Virus record (IMG/VR): IMGVR_UViG_3300029305_007310
Span: 54,256 to 74,255 of that record
Length of the DNA: 20,000 bases
Reading direction: 5' to 3' (one strand)
Source: an uncultured virus (IMG/VR IMGVR_UViG_3300029305_007310)
Taxonomy: Duplodnaviria > Heunggongvirae > Uroviricota > Caudoviricetes
This document shows, piece after piece, positions 1 to 9,234 of the stretch. The position numbers and the translations under genes are program-made. Under the pieces are notes generated by a model. That model worked only from the letters and a program-made list of their open reading frames with translations, made no database searches and was not told the DNA's origin. Each line of letters starts with the position of its first letter. The stretch's first letter is position 1.

Positions 1-1
1 T

Positions 2-1132
2 GGCGATGGTGTTAGCACCTGGGGGGAACTGCCTTATTTTGCTGGTGGGGAAAGCTACAGTGTTGAAGAGCTTGAAGCCGCTGTAAAGAAAGCGGAGCAG
101 GATATTGCTACCCTGCAGGCGGTTGTAACTCCTGCAGAGGGCGTACCGCTTCTGACTCGACTGGAGTTTTTGGAGAATAAGGTCGGTGTAGAAGATGATA
201 CAACAATCGACGCCCAGATTGATGCCAAGATTAATGAGTTTGCAGCTCGTGTGTCTGATGATGGCACGATCAACACTATCAAAGAATTGATTGATTATGT
301 AGCTGAGCATGGGGCAGAGTTTGCCAATGTTACTGCTGATGTAAAGTCTCTGAGAGATCTTATTGGCACTACGCCTGTTTCTGAACAGGTTATGGCTGCT
401 ATCAATGGCAGCGAAAGCAAGGCTAAGGCCCTGTTCGAGCATATGAAGTACGAAGTGACCAGCAAACCTGCGGGAGCACTTGTAAGCTATCGTGATCATG
501 AAATTCGCGTGATGTGCCCTGCAGATACTGCGTGGGAACATCAGCAAGTTGGTGGTACTGGTAACGCCAACTTGTATTACATGGGCTTTAAGGCGTATGC
601 TCCTGATGGCGCTGTGAGTTTCAAGGAAGATACTGCTGAAATTATCACGGACGAAACCATGTACCTGTTTGAAAACAATGATTTTGCTGGCGTTGACGCC
701 TATGGTCGCAAGTATAGCATTGTGTGGCTGCCTCTCGCGTCCTATGATGAGACAGCTCAGACGTGGACATATTATGGCACCAAGTCTAGTAAAGAGCGCT
801 ATATTGGCTGGTATTACTCCGTGGAGTGGTACGATGCCAATGGTGTGATGATTGATTCTGATATGATTCGTATCAATCTGAGCAACGAAGAGTGCCACAA
901 TGCAGTTGAGCCTTATTACATGGGCAATGTGGTCAAGGAAGTCAGCGTTAATGGTGTAACGCTTGCGAAGGAAAACGGCAAGGTCAACATTGAAACTGAC
1001 GATATGCTCAAGTCTTCTGAGGAAGTAATCGTTAACGAGGACGGCACTCTTGCGCTTGGTACGATTTCTCTTGCCAAGATCGCAACTAACGATGGCACTA
1101 CGCTGGTACTCAATGGCGGTAACGCTGGTTAA
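2..1132 (+). CDS. Phage tail fibre / minor structural protein (5'-partial)
   Basis: Frame is open from base 2 (GDGVSTWGELPYF...), upstream of the track's start at 170. GDG...LPY is the end of an Mtd_N-like domain. Ends LVLNGGNAG. Confidence 0.75.
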   Translation, partial: GDGVSTWGELPYFAGGESYSVEELEAAVKKAEQDIATLQAVVTPAEGVPLLTRLEFLENKVGVEDDTTIDAQIDAKINEFAARVSDDGTINTIKELIDYVAEHGAEFANVTADVKSLRDLIGTTPVSEQVMAAINGSESKAKALFEHMKYEVTSKPAGALVSYRDHEIRVMCPADTAWEHQQVGGTGNANLYYMGFKAYAPDGAVSFKEDTAEIITDETMYLFENNDFAGVDAYGRKYSIVWLPLASYDETAQTWTYYGTKSSKERYIGWYYSVEWYDANGVMIDSDMIRINLSNEECHNAVEPYYMGNVVKEVSVNGVTLAKENGKVNIETDDMLKSSEEVIVNEDGTLALGTISLAKIATNDGTTLVLNGGNAG

Positions 1133-1153
1133 TAAAACTAAATTACTTTGTCT

Positions 1154-1180
1154 GAAGCGGCTTAAAAGCCGTTTTTGTTT
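1154..1180 (+). terminator. Intrinsic terminator-like hairpin
   Basis: gaagcggctt-aa-aagccgtttt followed by a T-rich tract, just after the ORF stop. Confidence 0.55.
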
Positions 1181-1205
1181 ATTTATGAAAGGAAGTGCTT
1201 AAATT

Positions 1206-2861
1206 ATGGCTACTACTACTTTTAATAATATTCGTCTTCAGCTCAAGTATGATTCTTATGCCAATTGGCTTAACAGCTCTCTAATCCTGAATCCTGGTGA
1301 AATTGGTATTTGCACTATTCCTGCTGAGACTAATGCTATTCGTCAGGAGCCTGCTGTTATTATCAAGGTTGGTGACGGTGAGCATCTGTATAAGGATCTG
1401 CCGGTTTTGAGTGCAAAATCAGGAGATGTGGCATCCTGGGCCCTGGCCGAGAACAAGCCTGCTTACGAAGCTAAGGAAATCACTGGTATTGACGCCTACA
1501 TCGCTGGTTATGTTAATGAGCAGATGGGCATCTCTGTTGACACTGACACCCAGTACCAGATTGTGACCGTTGACGCTTACACCTGCAAGCTTCAGTCCAA
1601 GGGTAAGACCGATGAAGCTTGGGCCGATGTGTCTACTATCACCATGCCCAATGACACTGCTGCTATCGACGCTCTGAAGGCCCTTGTTGGTACCGAGAAT
1701 GTTGCTAAGCAGATTGGTGATGCTATCACTGCCCTGGATCTGGCCAACACTTATGCCGCAAAGTCTCATACCCATGAGATGGGCGAGGTGAACGGTCTGA
1801 CCGAGGCTCTGGCTGGCAAGCAGGCTGCTGGCGATTATGCCACCAAGGCCGAGGCTCAGGGCTATGCCGATGCCAAGGACGAAGCTATTGCTGCCGCTAA
1901 GAAGGCTGGCGACGATGCTCAGGGTGCCGTTGACGCTCTGGCTGGAAAGGTTGGCGAAGTGCCTGCCGACAAGACTGTTGTGCAGATGATCAACGAGGCC
2001 CAGACCGCTGCTACTTATGACGACACTCAGGTGAAGGCTGACATCAAGGCCAACGCTGATGCCATTGACGCCATTGAGGAAGACTACCTGAAGAATACCG
2101 ATAAGGAAGAGCTGCAGGGCGCTATCAACACCGAAAAGGGTCGTGTTGACACCCTGGTTGGCAACGACGCTAACAAATCCGTGCGTACTATTGCAGCCGA
2201 AGAGCTGGCTGCTCAGTTGATCGCTGAAAACGCTCAGGAAGCGCTGGACACTTTGGGCGAGATTGCCGCTTGGATTCAGGCGCATCCCGGCGATGCCGCC
2301 GCCATGAACAGGGCCATCGATGACCTTGAAGCTCTGGTTGGCACTCTGCCTGAAGGCGCTACCGCCACTACCGTTGTGGACTATGTGAATGAAATGATTG
2401 CTGGCCTGAAGATTGGTGATTATGCCAAGGCTGCTGATCTGACTGCCGCAGTTGGCCGCATTGCTGCTCTGGAAGCCAATGTCGATAAGTGGAATGCCGC
2501 TGAACAGAATGCCAAGGACTATGCTGATGGTCTGAATACCACCATGGATGGTCGTGTGCAGGCTGTTGAGGGCAAGGCCCACGAGCACGCCAACAAAGAA
2601 CTGCTTGATACTTACACTCAGACTGAAACCAACCTTGCTGACGCTGTTGCTAAGAAGCATGAACACGAGAATGCTGGCGTTCTGAATGGCATTACTGCCG
2701 AGAAGGTAGCCGCTTGGGATGCCGCTGAACAGAATGCCAAAGATTACACTGATGAGCTGGAAGGCGAGCTTTCTGCCGTTGCGAAGAGCGGCAATGTTAA
2801 TGATCTGATTCAGACCACTGGTGACGTCCTTATCCTTGACTGCGGAAACTCTGAGGCATAA
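1206..2861 (+). CDS. Phage tail fibre-like protein (Mtd_N-like N-terminus, Ala-rich coiled-coil shaft, HxH motifs)
   Basis: RBS gaaaggaag. IRLQLKYDSYANW...GEIG...KVGDG...DLP N-terminal pattern. Internal repeats, HTH/HEH/HEH motifs, and ends LILDCGNSEA. Confidence 0.8.
   Translation: MATTTFNNIRLQLKYDSYANWLNSSLILNPGEIGICTIPAETNAIRQEPAVIIKVGDGEHLYKDLPVLSAKSGDVASWALAENKPAYEAKEITGIDAYIAGYVNEQMGISVDTDTQYQIVTVDAYTCKLQSKGKTDEAWADVSTITMPNDTAAIDALKALVGTENVAKQIGDAITALDLANTYAAKSHTHEMGEVNGLTEALAGKQAAGDYATKAEAQGYADAKDEAIAAAKKAGDDAQGAVDALAGKVGEVPADKTVVQMINEAQTAATYDDTQVKADIKANADAIDAIEEDYLKNTDKEELQGAINTEKGRVDTLVGNDANKSVRTIAAEELAAQLIAENAQEALDTLGEIAAWIQAHPGDAAAMNRAIDDLEALVGTLPEGATATTVVDYVNEMIAGLKIGDYAKAADLTAAVGRIAALEANVDKWNAAEQNAKDYADGLNTTMDGRVQAVEGKAHEHANKELLDTYTQTETNLADAVAKKHEHENAGVLNGITAEKVAAWDAAEQNAKDYTDELEGELSAVAKSGNVNDLIQTTGDVLILDCGNSEA
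2494..2740 (+). repeat. Intragenic direct repeat (22-nt exact core, W(N/D)AAEQNAKDY)
   Basis: atgccgctgaacagaatgccaa at 2494-2515 and 2719-2740, 225 nt (75 codons) apart. Confidence 0.9.
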
Positions 2862-2890
2862 ACAAACTAATTAAACAGACGATTACACAC

Positions 2891-2920
2891 GGGGTGATGG
2901 GTTAATTCCATCACCCCTTT
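2891..2920 (+). terminator. Intrinsic terminator-like hairpin
   Basis: ggggtgatgg-gttaatt-ccatcacccc-ttt. A second GC-rich hairpin (ggggcggt...accgcctc) lies at ~2936-2961. Confidence 0.6.
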
Positions 2921-3007
2921 AACTTTGCAAATAACGGGGCGGTTGAAATGGATACCGCCTCGCCCTCTTACGATTTGAAAATGAAAATTGGATTGGAGGA
3001 AATATAG

Positions 3008-3922
3008 ATGACTGAGAAAAGATTTCGCTCACGAGTAATCAATAAACACGATATAGAAGCAAATTGGAAGCTTGCGGTTAATTTTAAGCCGCTAATTGGA
3101 GAATGGATTGTGTATGATCCAGATGAAAACTATGATTACGCCCGATTTAAAATGGGCGATGGTGAGACATTTGTAAATGATTTGCCGTTTTGTAATGACG
3201 TAATTACTGAAGAGGATGTAGACCTGATGGTTGGTTATCCTGTTGGTAATTTGCCTGAGAACGATCAGGAATCCATCGTGCAGCAGGTCATTGCTGCGCT
3301 TGGTACGCCTGTGTTTGGTCGTGTGGAGGATGACAAGGATATCATCCTGACGGCAACTAATCTTGCTGCAGGGACGTATACCTACTATTTCGAGGATGCA
3401 AACGGAGAGCGGAGACTCATTGGTACTGATGCCGTCGCAGAAGAGCCGAAGTACACCAACGTTATCCCGTTGTCCATCGCGGCAGATGGAACGCAGTTTG
3501 TGGGAGCAAATGGCGAAGACGGCTATAAAACAGGTACGCGCATAAATTCTTCGGGTGTCGAAGTAAGCGCAAATACGATTGTCACGGGCTATATCCCTGC
3601 AACTGTAGCTGATAAGTTCTATTTTTACGATATTGATCTTTCTGCCGATTCCAATAAATACCACAAGATTGCTATATACGATGAAAATTTCACTTTTCTA
3701 AGTGGTTGGGATGTGATGAGCATGTATAACGCCAAAGATAGTGAACAAGTCATTGCGGAGGGTGTTTCTTTTGATGAAAATGGAATACTTGCCACATACA
3801 GTCCGCTGGCGTTTAGATATGCTGTCGGTTCAACTGTTGTGAATAAAACTGCTTATATTCGCGTGTGCGCGGGAACTATTAACGAAAACTCTGTTATCAC
3901 CAAAAATGAGCCGATTGTGTAA
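3008..3922 (+). CDS. Phage tail-associated protein (Mtd_N-like N-terminus plus C-terminal module shared with 4964..6760)
   Basis: RBS ggaggaaa. KHDIEANW...GEWIVYD...RFKMGDG...NDLPF N-terminal pattern. C-terminal YTNVIPLS...RINSSG...VTGYIP...AYIRV...VITKNEPI. Confidence 0.75.
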   Translation: MTEKRFRSRVINKHDIEANWKLAVNFKPLIGEWIVYDPDENYDYARFKMGDGETFVNDLPFCNDVITEEDVDLMVGYPVGNLPENDQESIVQQVIAALGTPVFGRVEDDKDIILTATNLAAGTYTYYFEDANGERRLIGTDAVAEEPKYTNVIPLSIAADGTQFVGANGEDGYKTGTRINSSGVEVSANTIVTGYIPATVADKFYFYDIDLSADSNKYHKIAIYDENFTFLSGWDVMSMYNAKDSEQVIAEGVSFDENGILATYSPLAFRYAVGSTVVNKTAYIRVCAGTINENSVITKNEPIV

Positions 3923-3934
3923 GGTGGTGAAGTT

Positions 3935-4939
3935 ATGTCGTACAAACATTTTATACCACAAAATGTCGCGCCATTGGGAGTAAGACGTATCGGCATCTAT
4001 AACGCACAGGGAAACCGAGTAGGGCAAATCCCGCTCGGCTCCCTTACACCACCGAATCCGCACAAAAAGCTGTACAGTTTCGGTGCTCTGTCTGATGTGC
4101 ATGTTGTGTACGTTACGGCGGCTACGGATTTTGAAAGAGCGTTGGATTATATGAACGAAAACGAGGACGTGGCTTTTACCTGCATTGCTGGCGATCTTAC
4201 AGATGACGGAACGGCTGCACAGCTTGCCCAGTATAAAGCGGTTGTTGATGCTCATTCGCCTGATACGCCTGTATACGCCATTGCGGGAAACCATGAAAAG
4301 TATTCTGAACAACCGACGTTAATTCAACAGTACACAGGACAGCCCTTGTATTACAGTTTCGCGCATGGCGATGACGTGTTCCTGATGTGCGGATGCTATT
4401 CGTGGTCAAACGATGGTGTGTTCACAAAAGGCTATCTGCAATGGATTTACGAAACGCTTGAAGCCAACAGGAACAAGCGGTGCTTTATCTTTGAGCATGT
4501 GTTCCCTTGGGGTGACAGCGGAAATCCGGGCGAACTGTATCACTTCGATATGTTCACCGGAACGAAGGGGAGTGTATTTCAATCGCTTCTCCGACACTAT
4601 AAGAACACGGTGTTGTTTCACGGACATTCTCACACAAAGTTCGAGCTGCAAAGCGTGGATGATAAGGCGAATTACAGTGATGCACTTGATTATCGGTCTG
4701 TACATATTCCGAGCCTTGCTGTTCCTCGCGATATTGGCGATGGCGAACTTGCGAATATCTACTCTGAATCCGAGGGCTATGTCGTAGATGTGTACAAAGA
4801 CGGTATCCATCTTCGCGGCAGGGACTTTGTGAAGGGAGAGTTTCTCCCGATTGCGTCTTACTGGATTGATACCACGTTGCAGACCGTTGAGGCAGGAACC
4901 TACACCGATCCCACAGGGGTCATCATGACACAACCCTAA
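3935..4939 (+). CDS. Calcineurin-like metallophosphoesterase
   Basis: All five motifs present: SDVH, GDLTD, GNHE, EH, GHSH. RBS aaggtggtga. Confidence 0.9.
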   Translation: MSYKHFIPQNVAPLGVRRIGIYNAQGNRVGQIPLGSLTPPNPHKKLYSFGALSDVHVVYVTAATDFERALDYMNENEDVAFTCIAGDLTDDGTAAQLAQYKAVVDAHSPDTPVYAIAGNHEKYSEQPTLIQQYTGQPLYYSFAHGDDVFLMCGCYSWSNDGVFTKGYLQWIYETLEANRNKRCFIFEHVFPWGDSGNPGELYHFDMFTGTKGSVFQSLLRHYKNTVLFHGHSHTKFELQSVDDKANYSDALDYRSVHIPSLAVPRDIGDGELANIYSESEGYVVDVYKDGIHLRGRDFVKGEFLPIASYWIDTTLQTVEAGTYTDPTGVIMTQP

Positions 4940-4963
4940 ATTGAAGAAAGGCGAGTGAAATAA

Positions 4964-6760
4964 ATGGCTTTTTTAGGAAACGAAGCATTGCAACGACTTT
5001 GGGCGCACACGATCTCAAGGATCAGCTCGAAGGCCGATGAGATAAAAACATGGGTATCACAACAAAAAGTAAGCGCGTTTGAAAACGATGCTGGGTATCT
5101 GACTGAGCACCAGGACATCAGCGGCAAACTGGACGCGGACAAACTGCCAGAGGCTATCAACAACGCTCTTGCTCAGGCGGCGGAATCTGGGGAGTTTAAT
5201 GGGGAACCGGGTTATTCGCCGGTGCGCGGAACGGACTACTGGACACCTGCCGATCAGGAAGCAATCACGGAGGAAGTCAGTAATCAGCTATCTTTGGAGA
5301 TTGGGGTCGTGCCAGAATACGTCAAGGCTGAAGCGGAATCTGTGATCGAGCGTGTGAGTGCCGCGCAGGCTGGCAGGACGTTCACCTTTGCGGCAATCAC
5401 TGATTTGCACTATGGCAACGGCGGTTATACGGACGGCGTACTGCATTCATGTCAGGCTCTCAAATACATTGACGAGCGGCTGAAACTGGATGCTGTGGCT
5501 GTGCTGGGTGACTACACTGACGGATATCCTGCGGACGGGCTGGCGAATGCGTTCGGTGATTTCCGTGCTGTAAATGCAGTGCTGAATGATCTGCGGTTTG
5601 CGCCGAATCTGCGCACTCAAGGCAATCATGACTACTATGCAGACAATGCGCCAAAAATCCGCAGGCACATCCAGGCGTACTCCGAGGATGTTGTATGGGG
5701 CGATATTGCTGGCGGCTACTACCACAAGGATTTCGATGCGTACAAGCTGCGTGTTATTGTCCTCAACACTACCGAGACAGGGAATGCAAACATTGACTGC
5801 ACGACCGCACAGTATCAGTGGTTTGCAGACACACTCGACCTGAGCGCCAAAGAAGACGCTGAAGAATGGCAAATCCTTGTTCTGTCCCATCATCCGCTGG
5901 ACTGGTATCACATTGATGAAAGCTATGCGCTTGCCAGAATCGCCAACGCCTATCGTGAGGGAACAGCCTATTCCATCACCGGAGTTTCCTGCGATTTCTC
6001 CGACGGCAAAAATGCTGCTGTACTTATCGGCAACATTCACGGCCATATCCACAATCTGCTTGTGGACAAGGTGCATATCGGCAATGTGGTAAACGGCGTT
6101 AAGAGCGAGGTAGACCGTATGGCAACGCCCGAATCCTGCATCAACCGTGCGAACCAGTACACGGGCGCATGGCAGGAAGAAACGAGCTATCACAAGACCA
6201 TCGGCACGGCAGAAGATACGTCATTTGTGATCTACTGCATTGACCTCGACACCTACACGATACAGGCTGTGTGCTATGGCGCAGGCTATGACAGGACACT
6301 GACGTATTATGTGGCTAAAAACGGATATACAAATCAGATCCCTATTTCCGTTGATTCCGCCGGTGCTGTGTATAACGGGACGGGATACAAGGCCGATTAC
6401 CGTTTAAACTCATCGGGCACAGAAACGGAACTTGCTGGTACGGGTGTTACCGGCTTTATTCCGGTCAAGCGACTTGATGTAGTGCGGATGGAAAACATTT
6501 CCTACAAGCCCGGTGTCGATAGTACTGGCGACTATATTGCACTGTATGATTCCGACTTTACGAAAACGGTAACAATCAAGTCTCCATATGTTGCATCTCA
6601 TGACTATGTACTCGGCTCCAGGGTGCTGGATGATGACGGCAACTTGATTCAGTTTACAATGTCCGACAGCGCAGACGCTGGCCATGCGTATATGCGAGTA
6701 TCTTGCGCTGGCCTTGGCGCTGAATCGATCATCACAGTGAACGAGGAGATCACAGAATAA
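4964..6760 (+). CDS. Tail-associated metallophosphoesterase (fibre-like N-terminus, MPE domain, C-terminal module)
   Basis: Phage fibre-type linker motifs KVSAFENDAGYLTEHQDISGK and GYSPVRGTDYWT. MPE motifs TDLH, GDYTD, GNHD, SHHP, GHIH. Confidence 0.85.
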   Translation: MAFLGNEALQRLWAHTISRISSKADEIKTWVSQQKVSAFENDAGYLTEHQDISGKLDADKLPEAINNALAQAAESGEFNGEPGYSPVRGTDYWTPADQEAITEEVSNQLSLEIGVVPEYVKAEAESVIERVSAAQAGRTFTFAAITDLHYGNGGYTDGVLHSCQALKYIDERLKLDAVAVLGDYTDGYPADGLANAFGDFRAVNAVLNDLRFAPNLRTQGNHDYYADNAPKIRRHIQAYSEDVVWGDIAGGYYHKDFDAYKLRVIVLNTTETGNANIDCTTAQYQWFADTLDLSAKEDAEEWQILVLSHHPLDWYHIDESYALARIANAYREGTAYSITGVSCDFSDGKNAAVLIGNIHGHIHNLLVDKVHIGNVVNGVKSEVDRMATPESCINRANQYTGAWQEETSYHKTIGTAEDTSFVIYCIDLDTYTIQAVCYGAGYDRTLTYYVAKNGYTNQIPISVDSAGAVYNGTGYKADYRLNSSGTETELAGTGVTGFIPVKRLDVVRMENISYKPGVDSTGDYIALYDSDFTKTVTIKSPYVASHDYVLGSRVLDDDGNLIQFTMSDSADAGHAYMRVSCAGLGAESIITVNEEITE

Positions 6761-6796
6761 CTATCAGGAATGATTGTGACGTAAGGAGGTACGCTT

Positions 6797-6886
6797 GTGA
6801 TGAGCTTATGGCATTTGGTGTGGATCATCCCGCTGTCGGGTGGTATTGGGTTATTCGCTGCGGCTATTTTAAAAATGAGCGATTGA
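6797..6886 (+). CDS. Small single-pass membrane peptide (29 aa, MMSLWHLVWIIPLSGGIGLFAAAILKMSD)
   Basis: Strong RBS aaggaggt 6 nt before GTG-ATG. Hydrophobic. Below the ORF-track length cutoff. Confidence 0.7.
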   Translation: MMSLWHLVWIIPLSGGIGLFAAAILKMSD

Positions 6887-6938
6887 ATTATATGTTTATT
6901 TTGGATTAACGATAACGCACGGTGAAAAGGGTGAGTGT

Positions 6939-7841
6939 ATGATAACAGGACAGCAATTGGCGCAAATGGGCGTCGAATTGGCGACTGGCAAGCGTATTGA
7001 TTATGATGATGTAGACTGCCAAGCTTTTGTGGAGTTGATATTTGACGAGTGCGGGAAGGACATTAGTTATTCTGGCAGCAATGATATGTACCGCAATGCG
7101 TGCAGTTGGATAGGGACAATTGAAGAAGCAAAAAGAATTGGCTATCTCGTTCCAGGGGTAGCCCTTTTCATCCATTCTTTTAACGGTGGTGAACCAGAGA
7201 AATATCGCAAGGATGGAAAGGGTAACGCAGAACATGTAGGCCTTTACGTTGGAGAAAATGCTCTGGAAGACACTGATAAAAATGGGGAGTGGAGAATTTG
7301 CAATGTTGTTCATTCTTCTGCGTCTATGGATCGTGTTGCTGGGTCTACACTAAAAAATGGATGGACACATGTTGGATTATGGAAACAAATCGATTATGGT
7401 ATCCAGATCCAAAACAGTGAAAATGGCATATTGGAGAATTCCATGATTGGAGATGAAAAAATGGCAATTGAAGAGAGTTTTATTTATGCGACTGTAAAGA
7501 CAGCAAATGGTAGCCCCTTGAATTTCCGCACCAAGAAAAGCACAAAAGCTGATTTAGTGGCGCGTGTGCCGGAAATCACCAATGGAGCTCGTGTGAAAGT
7601 ATTGCGCGATGACGGTGATTGGTGCAAAATTTCCTACAATGGCTATAACGGTTATGTTTTAAGCGAGTTCCTTAACTTTGCTAATACTGTTAAGGAAGAG
7701 GCAGAGTGGGTAGATCAGACAATTGGCGATATGGATGATAAAGCAAAATTCTACCGCGTCTATGTTGATTTTACTACAAAGGATGAGGCTCTTGTTTTCC
7801 AAAAAGCTATGCAAGGGTGCCAAGTAGGTTCAGTAAAATAA
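6939..7841 (+). CDS. Endolysin: NlpC/P60 (CHAP-like) peptidase plus SH3 cell-wall-binding domain
   Basis: DCQAFV catalytic Cys and HVGLYVG His motif. SH3b-like LNFR...VKVL...DWCKISYNGYNGYV. Lies upstream of holin-like genes. Confidence 0.85.
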   Translation: MITGQQLAQMGVELATGKRIDYDDVDCQAFVELIFDECGKDISYSGSNDMYRNACSWIGTIEEAKRIGYLVPGVALFIHSFNGGEPEKYRKDGKGNAEHVGLYVGENALEDTDKNGEWRICNVVHSSASMDRVAGSTLKNGWTHVGLWKQIDYGIQIQNSENGILENSMIGDEKMAIEESFIYATVKTANGSPLNFRTKKSTKADLVARVPEITNGARVKVLRDDGDWCKISYNGYNGYVLSEFLNFANTVKEEAEWVDQTIGDMDDKAKFYRVYVDFTTKDEALVFQKAMQGCQVGSVK

Positions 7842-7854
7842 GAAAGATGGGTGA

Positions 7855-8400
7855 GTGGGAGTGGAAGAGGTGGTTAAATGGTTATCAGGCTGTACTGATA
7901 CCATGAAAGTTATAATTGAACTTGTCAAAGAAATTGGAATTGTTCTTGGTTTTTTGGGCACAGCGGTGTTATCATTTCGTAAATGGGTGATGAAGCCACT
8001 GGAGGCCGCTATTGAAGAGCAGAAAAAGGCAACAGTGGAGCTGAAAACAGATTATGAAAATAAAAGAGACGAAGTGCTTAAAGAGGTCGCTGTGCTTAAT
8101 GGGCGCATTATTGAGAATGACAAGAAAAGCGAAGAGCGTCATGAAAAACTTCGTGGTGAATTTAAATCTATGCGCTTGGAAATGGGTACAATGCAGGACG
8201 ATGTTGCTGACGTATTGGGTAATGAGCTCGAAAATGGGCACCACAAATTCATGACACAGGGTTGGTGTTCGCCTGCTGAAAAGCAACATTATGTTGATCT
8301 TCACAAGAGGTATGCAGCTCGTGGGCATAATCATTTGGCTCAACGCTACGAAGAAGATCTTTTAGAATTGCCGGATCATCCTCCACAGTATAACGGGTAA
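7855..8400 (+). CDS. Lysis-module membrane protein (one TM, coiled coil, holin-associated C-terminal domain)
   Basis: TM IGIVLGFLGTAVLSF. C-terminal Y..RGHN...LLELP resembles the Y..LGGN motif of phage holin-like proteins. Confidence 0.6.
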   Translation: MGVEEVVKWLSGCTDTMKVIIELVKEIGIVLGFLGTAVLSFRKWVMKPLEAAIEEQKKATVELKTDYENKRDEVLKEVAVLNGRIIENDKKSEERHEKLRGEFKSMRLEMGTMQDDVADVLGNELENGHHKFMTQGWCSPAEKQHYVDLHKRYAARGHNHLAQRYEEDLLELPDHPPQYNG

Positions 8401-8409
8401 GGTGATTTC

Positions 8410-8709
8410 ATGGCTGAAAAAACTGAAAAAATTGAAAATGTGAGCTGGCCAAAGACATCTGACAGGGAGTTTTCCAAGCGGATGTTTATTATTTTTATGT
8501 GGGCATTTTTTGCTCATGTTATTTTTACAATCATTGCTGAGTGGCTGTTTAATGTAGGTGGAAAAGCAGTAGAAGTATTCAAAATTTCAGTGCCAGTTTA
8601 CACGACGATCTTTGCGGCAGTCATTGTTAAGGGTGGCGTAGAGAACGTGTTTAAGGGTCAAAATTTGAAACAAACTACTGTGACTTCAACAACTGCTAAC
8701 AATGGCTGA
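8410..8709 (+). CDS. Two-TM holin-like membrane protein
   Basis: Two hydrophobic helices, RBS aaggtga, position in the lysis cassette. Confidence 0.6.
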   Translation: MAEKTEKIENVSWPKTSDREFSKRMFIIFMWAFFAHVIFTIIAEWLFNVGGKAVEVFKISVPVYTTIFAAVIVKGGVENVFKGQNLKQTTVTSTTANNG

Positions 8710-8726
8710 TGGGAGATGAATAGAAA

Positions 8727-9161
8727 ATGGAATGGTATTATGTTGTCGCAATTATTGCCGCTTTTGCGCTGTGTGTAGGTGGTTTTGTTTATCTGCGTAA
8801 GAAGGGTTATGTAAGTTCTGAACAGATGAACGGTCTTACAAATATTATTACTGGTCTTGCTACACTAGTTGGCGAATTAACTAAGAAAAATCAGAATGGC
8901 GCTACTGACATTCTTTACAATGTAGTAACACTTGTTCAGCAGGCTGTACTTGCGGCTGAGAATGACTGGTATAATAATAAAATCAGCAAGGAAGAGCGCA
9001 GAGAGCGCTGTATGGATGAATTATATAAGTTGCTTGCTGCTTATGATATTGTACTGACAGATTCTCAGTGGAATGTAGTGGATATTTTGGTTCGAGCCGC
9101 TTGCGAAGCGATTGGGCATACCACTGAAATTGAAAACCTTGCTGAGGTAACGGCAGAATAA
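8727..9161 (+). CDS. Phage holin, LL-H-family-like
   Basis: N-terminal TM followed by VQQAVLAAE...KEERR...ILVRAAC, the pattern of LL-H-type holins. Confidence 0.7.
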   Translation: MEWYYVVAIIAAFALCVGGFVYLRKKGYVSSEQMNGLTNIITGLATLVGELTKKNQNGATDILYNVVTLVQQAVLAAENDWYNNKISKEERRERCMDELYKLLAAYDIVLTDSQWNVVDILVRAACEAIGHTTEIENLAEVTAE

Positions 9162-9183
9162 GTTAGCATGAAAGCGTATTTTA

Positions 9184-9234
9184 ACCCTCCAGATGAGCAT
9201 ACTTTATGTATGAATTCAATGGAGGGTATTTTTT
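9184..9234 (+). terminator. Hairpin/terminator overlapping the RBS of the next gene
   Basis: accctcca...tggagggt stem with an inner catac/gtatg stem, followed by a T tract immediately before ATG 9235. Confidence 0.55.

Noticed and set aside
1419..2666. 415-aa minus-strand ORF
   Set aside because: Antisense shadow of the codon-biased tail-fibre gene, with no motif or RBS support.
3008..6760. Diversity-generating retroelement suggested by Mtd_N-like domains and duplicated C-termini
   Set aside because: No reverse transcriptase in the window and no near-identical TR/VR pair differing at adenines. The similarity is only at protein level.
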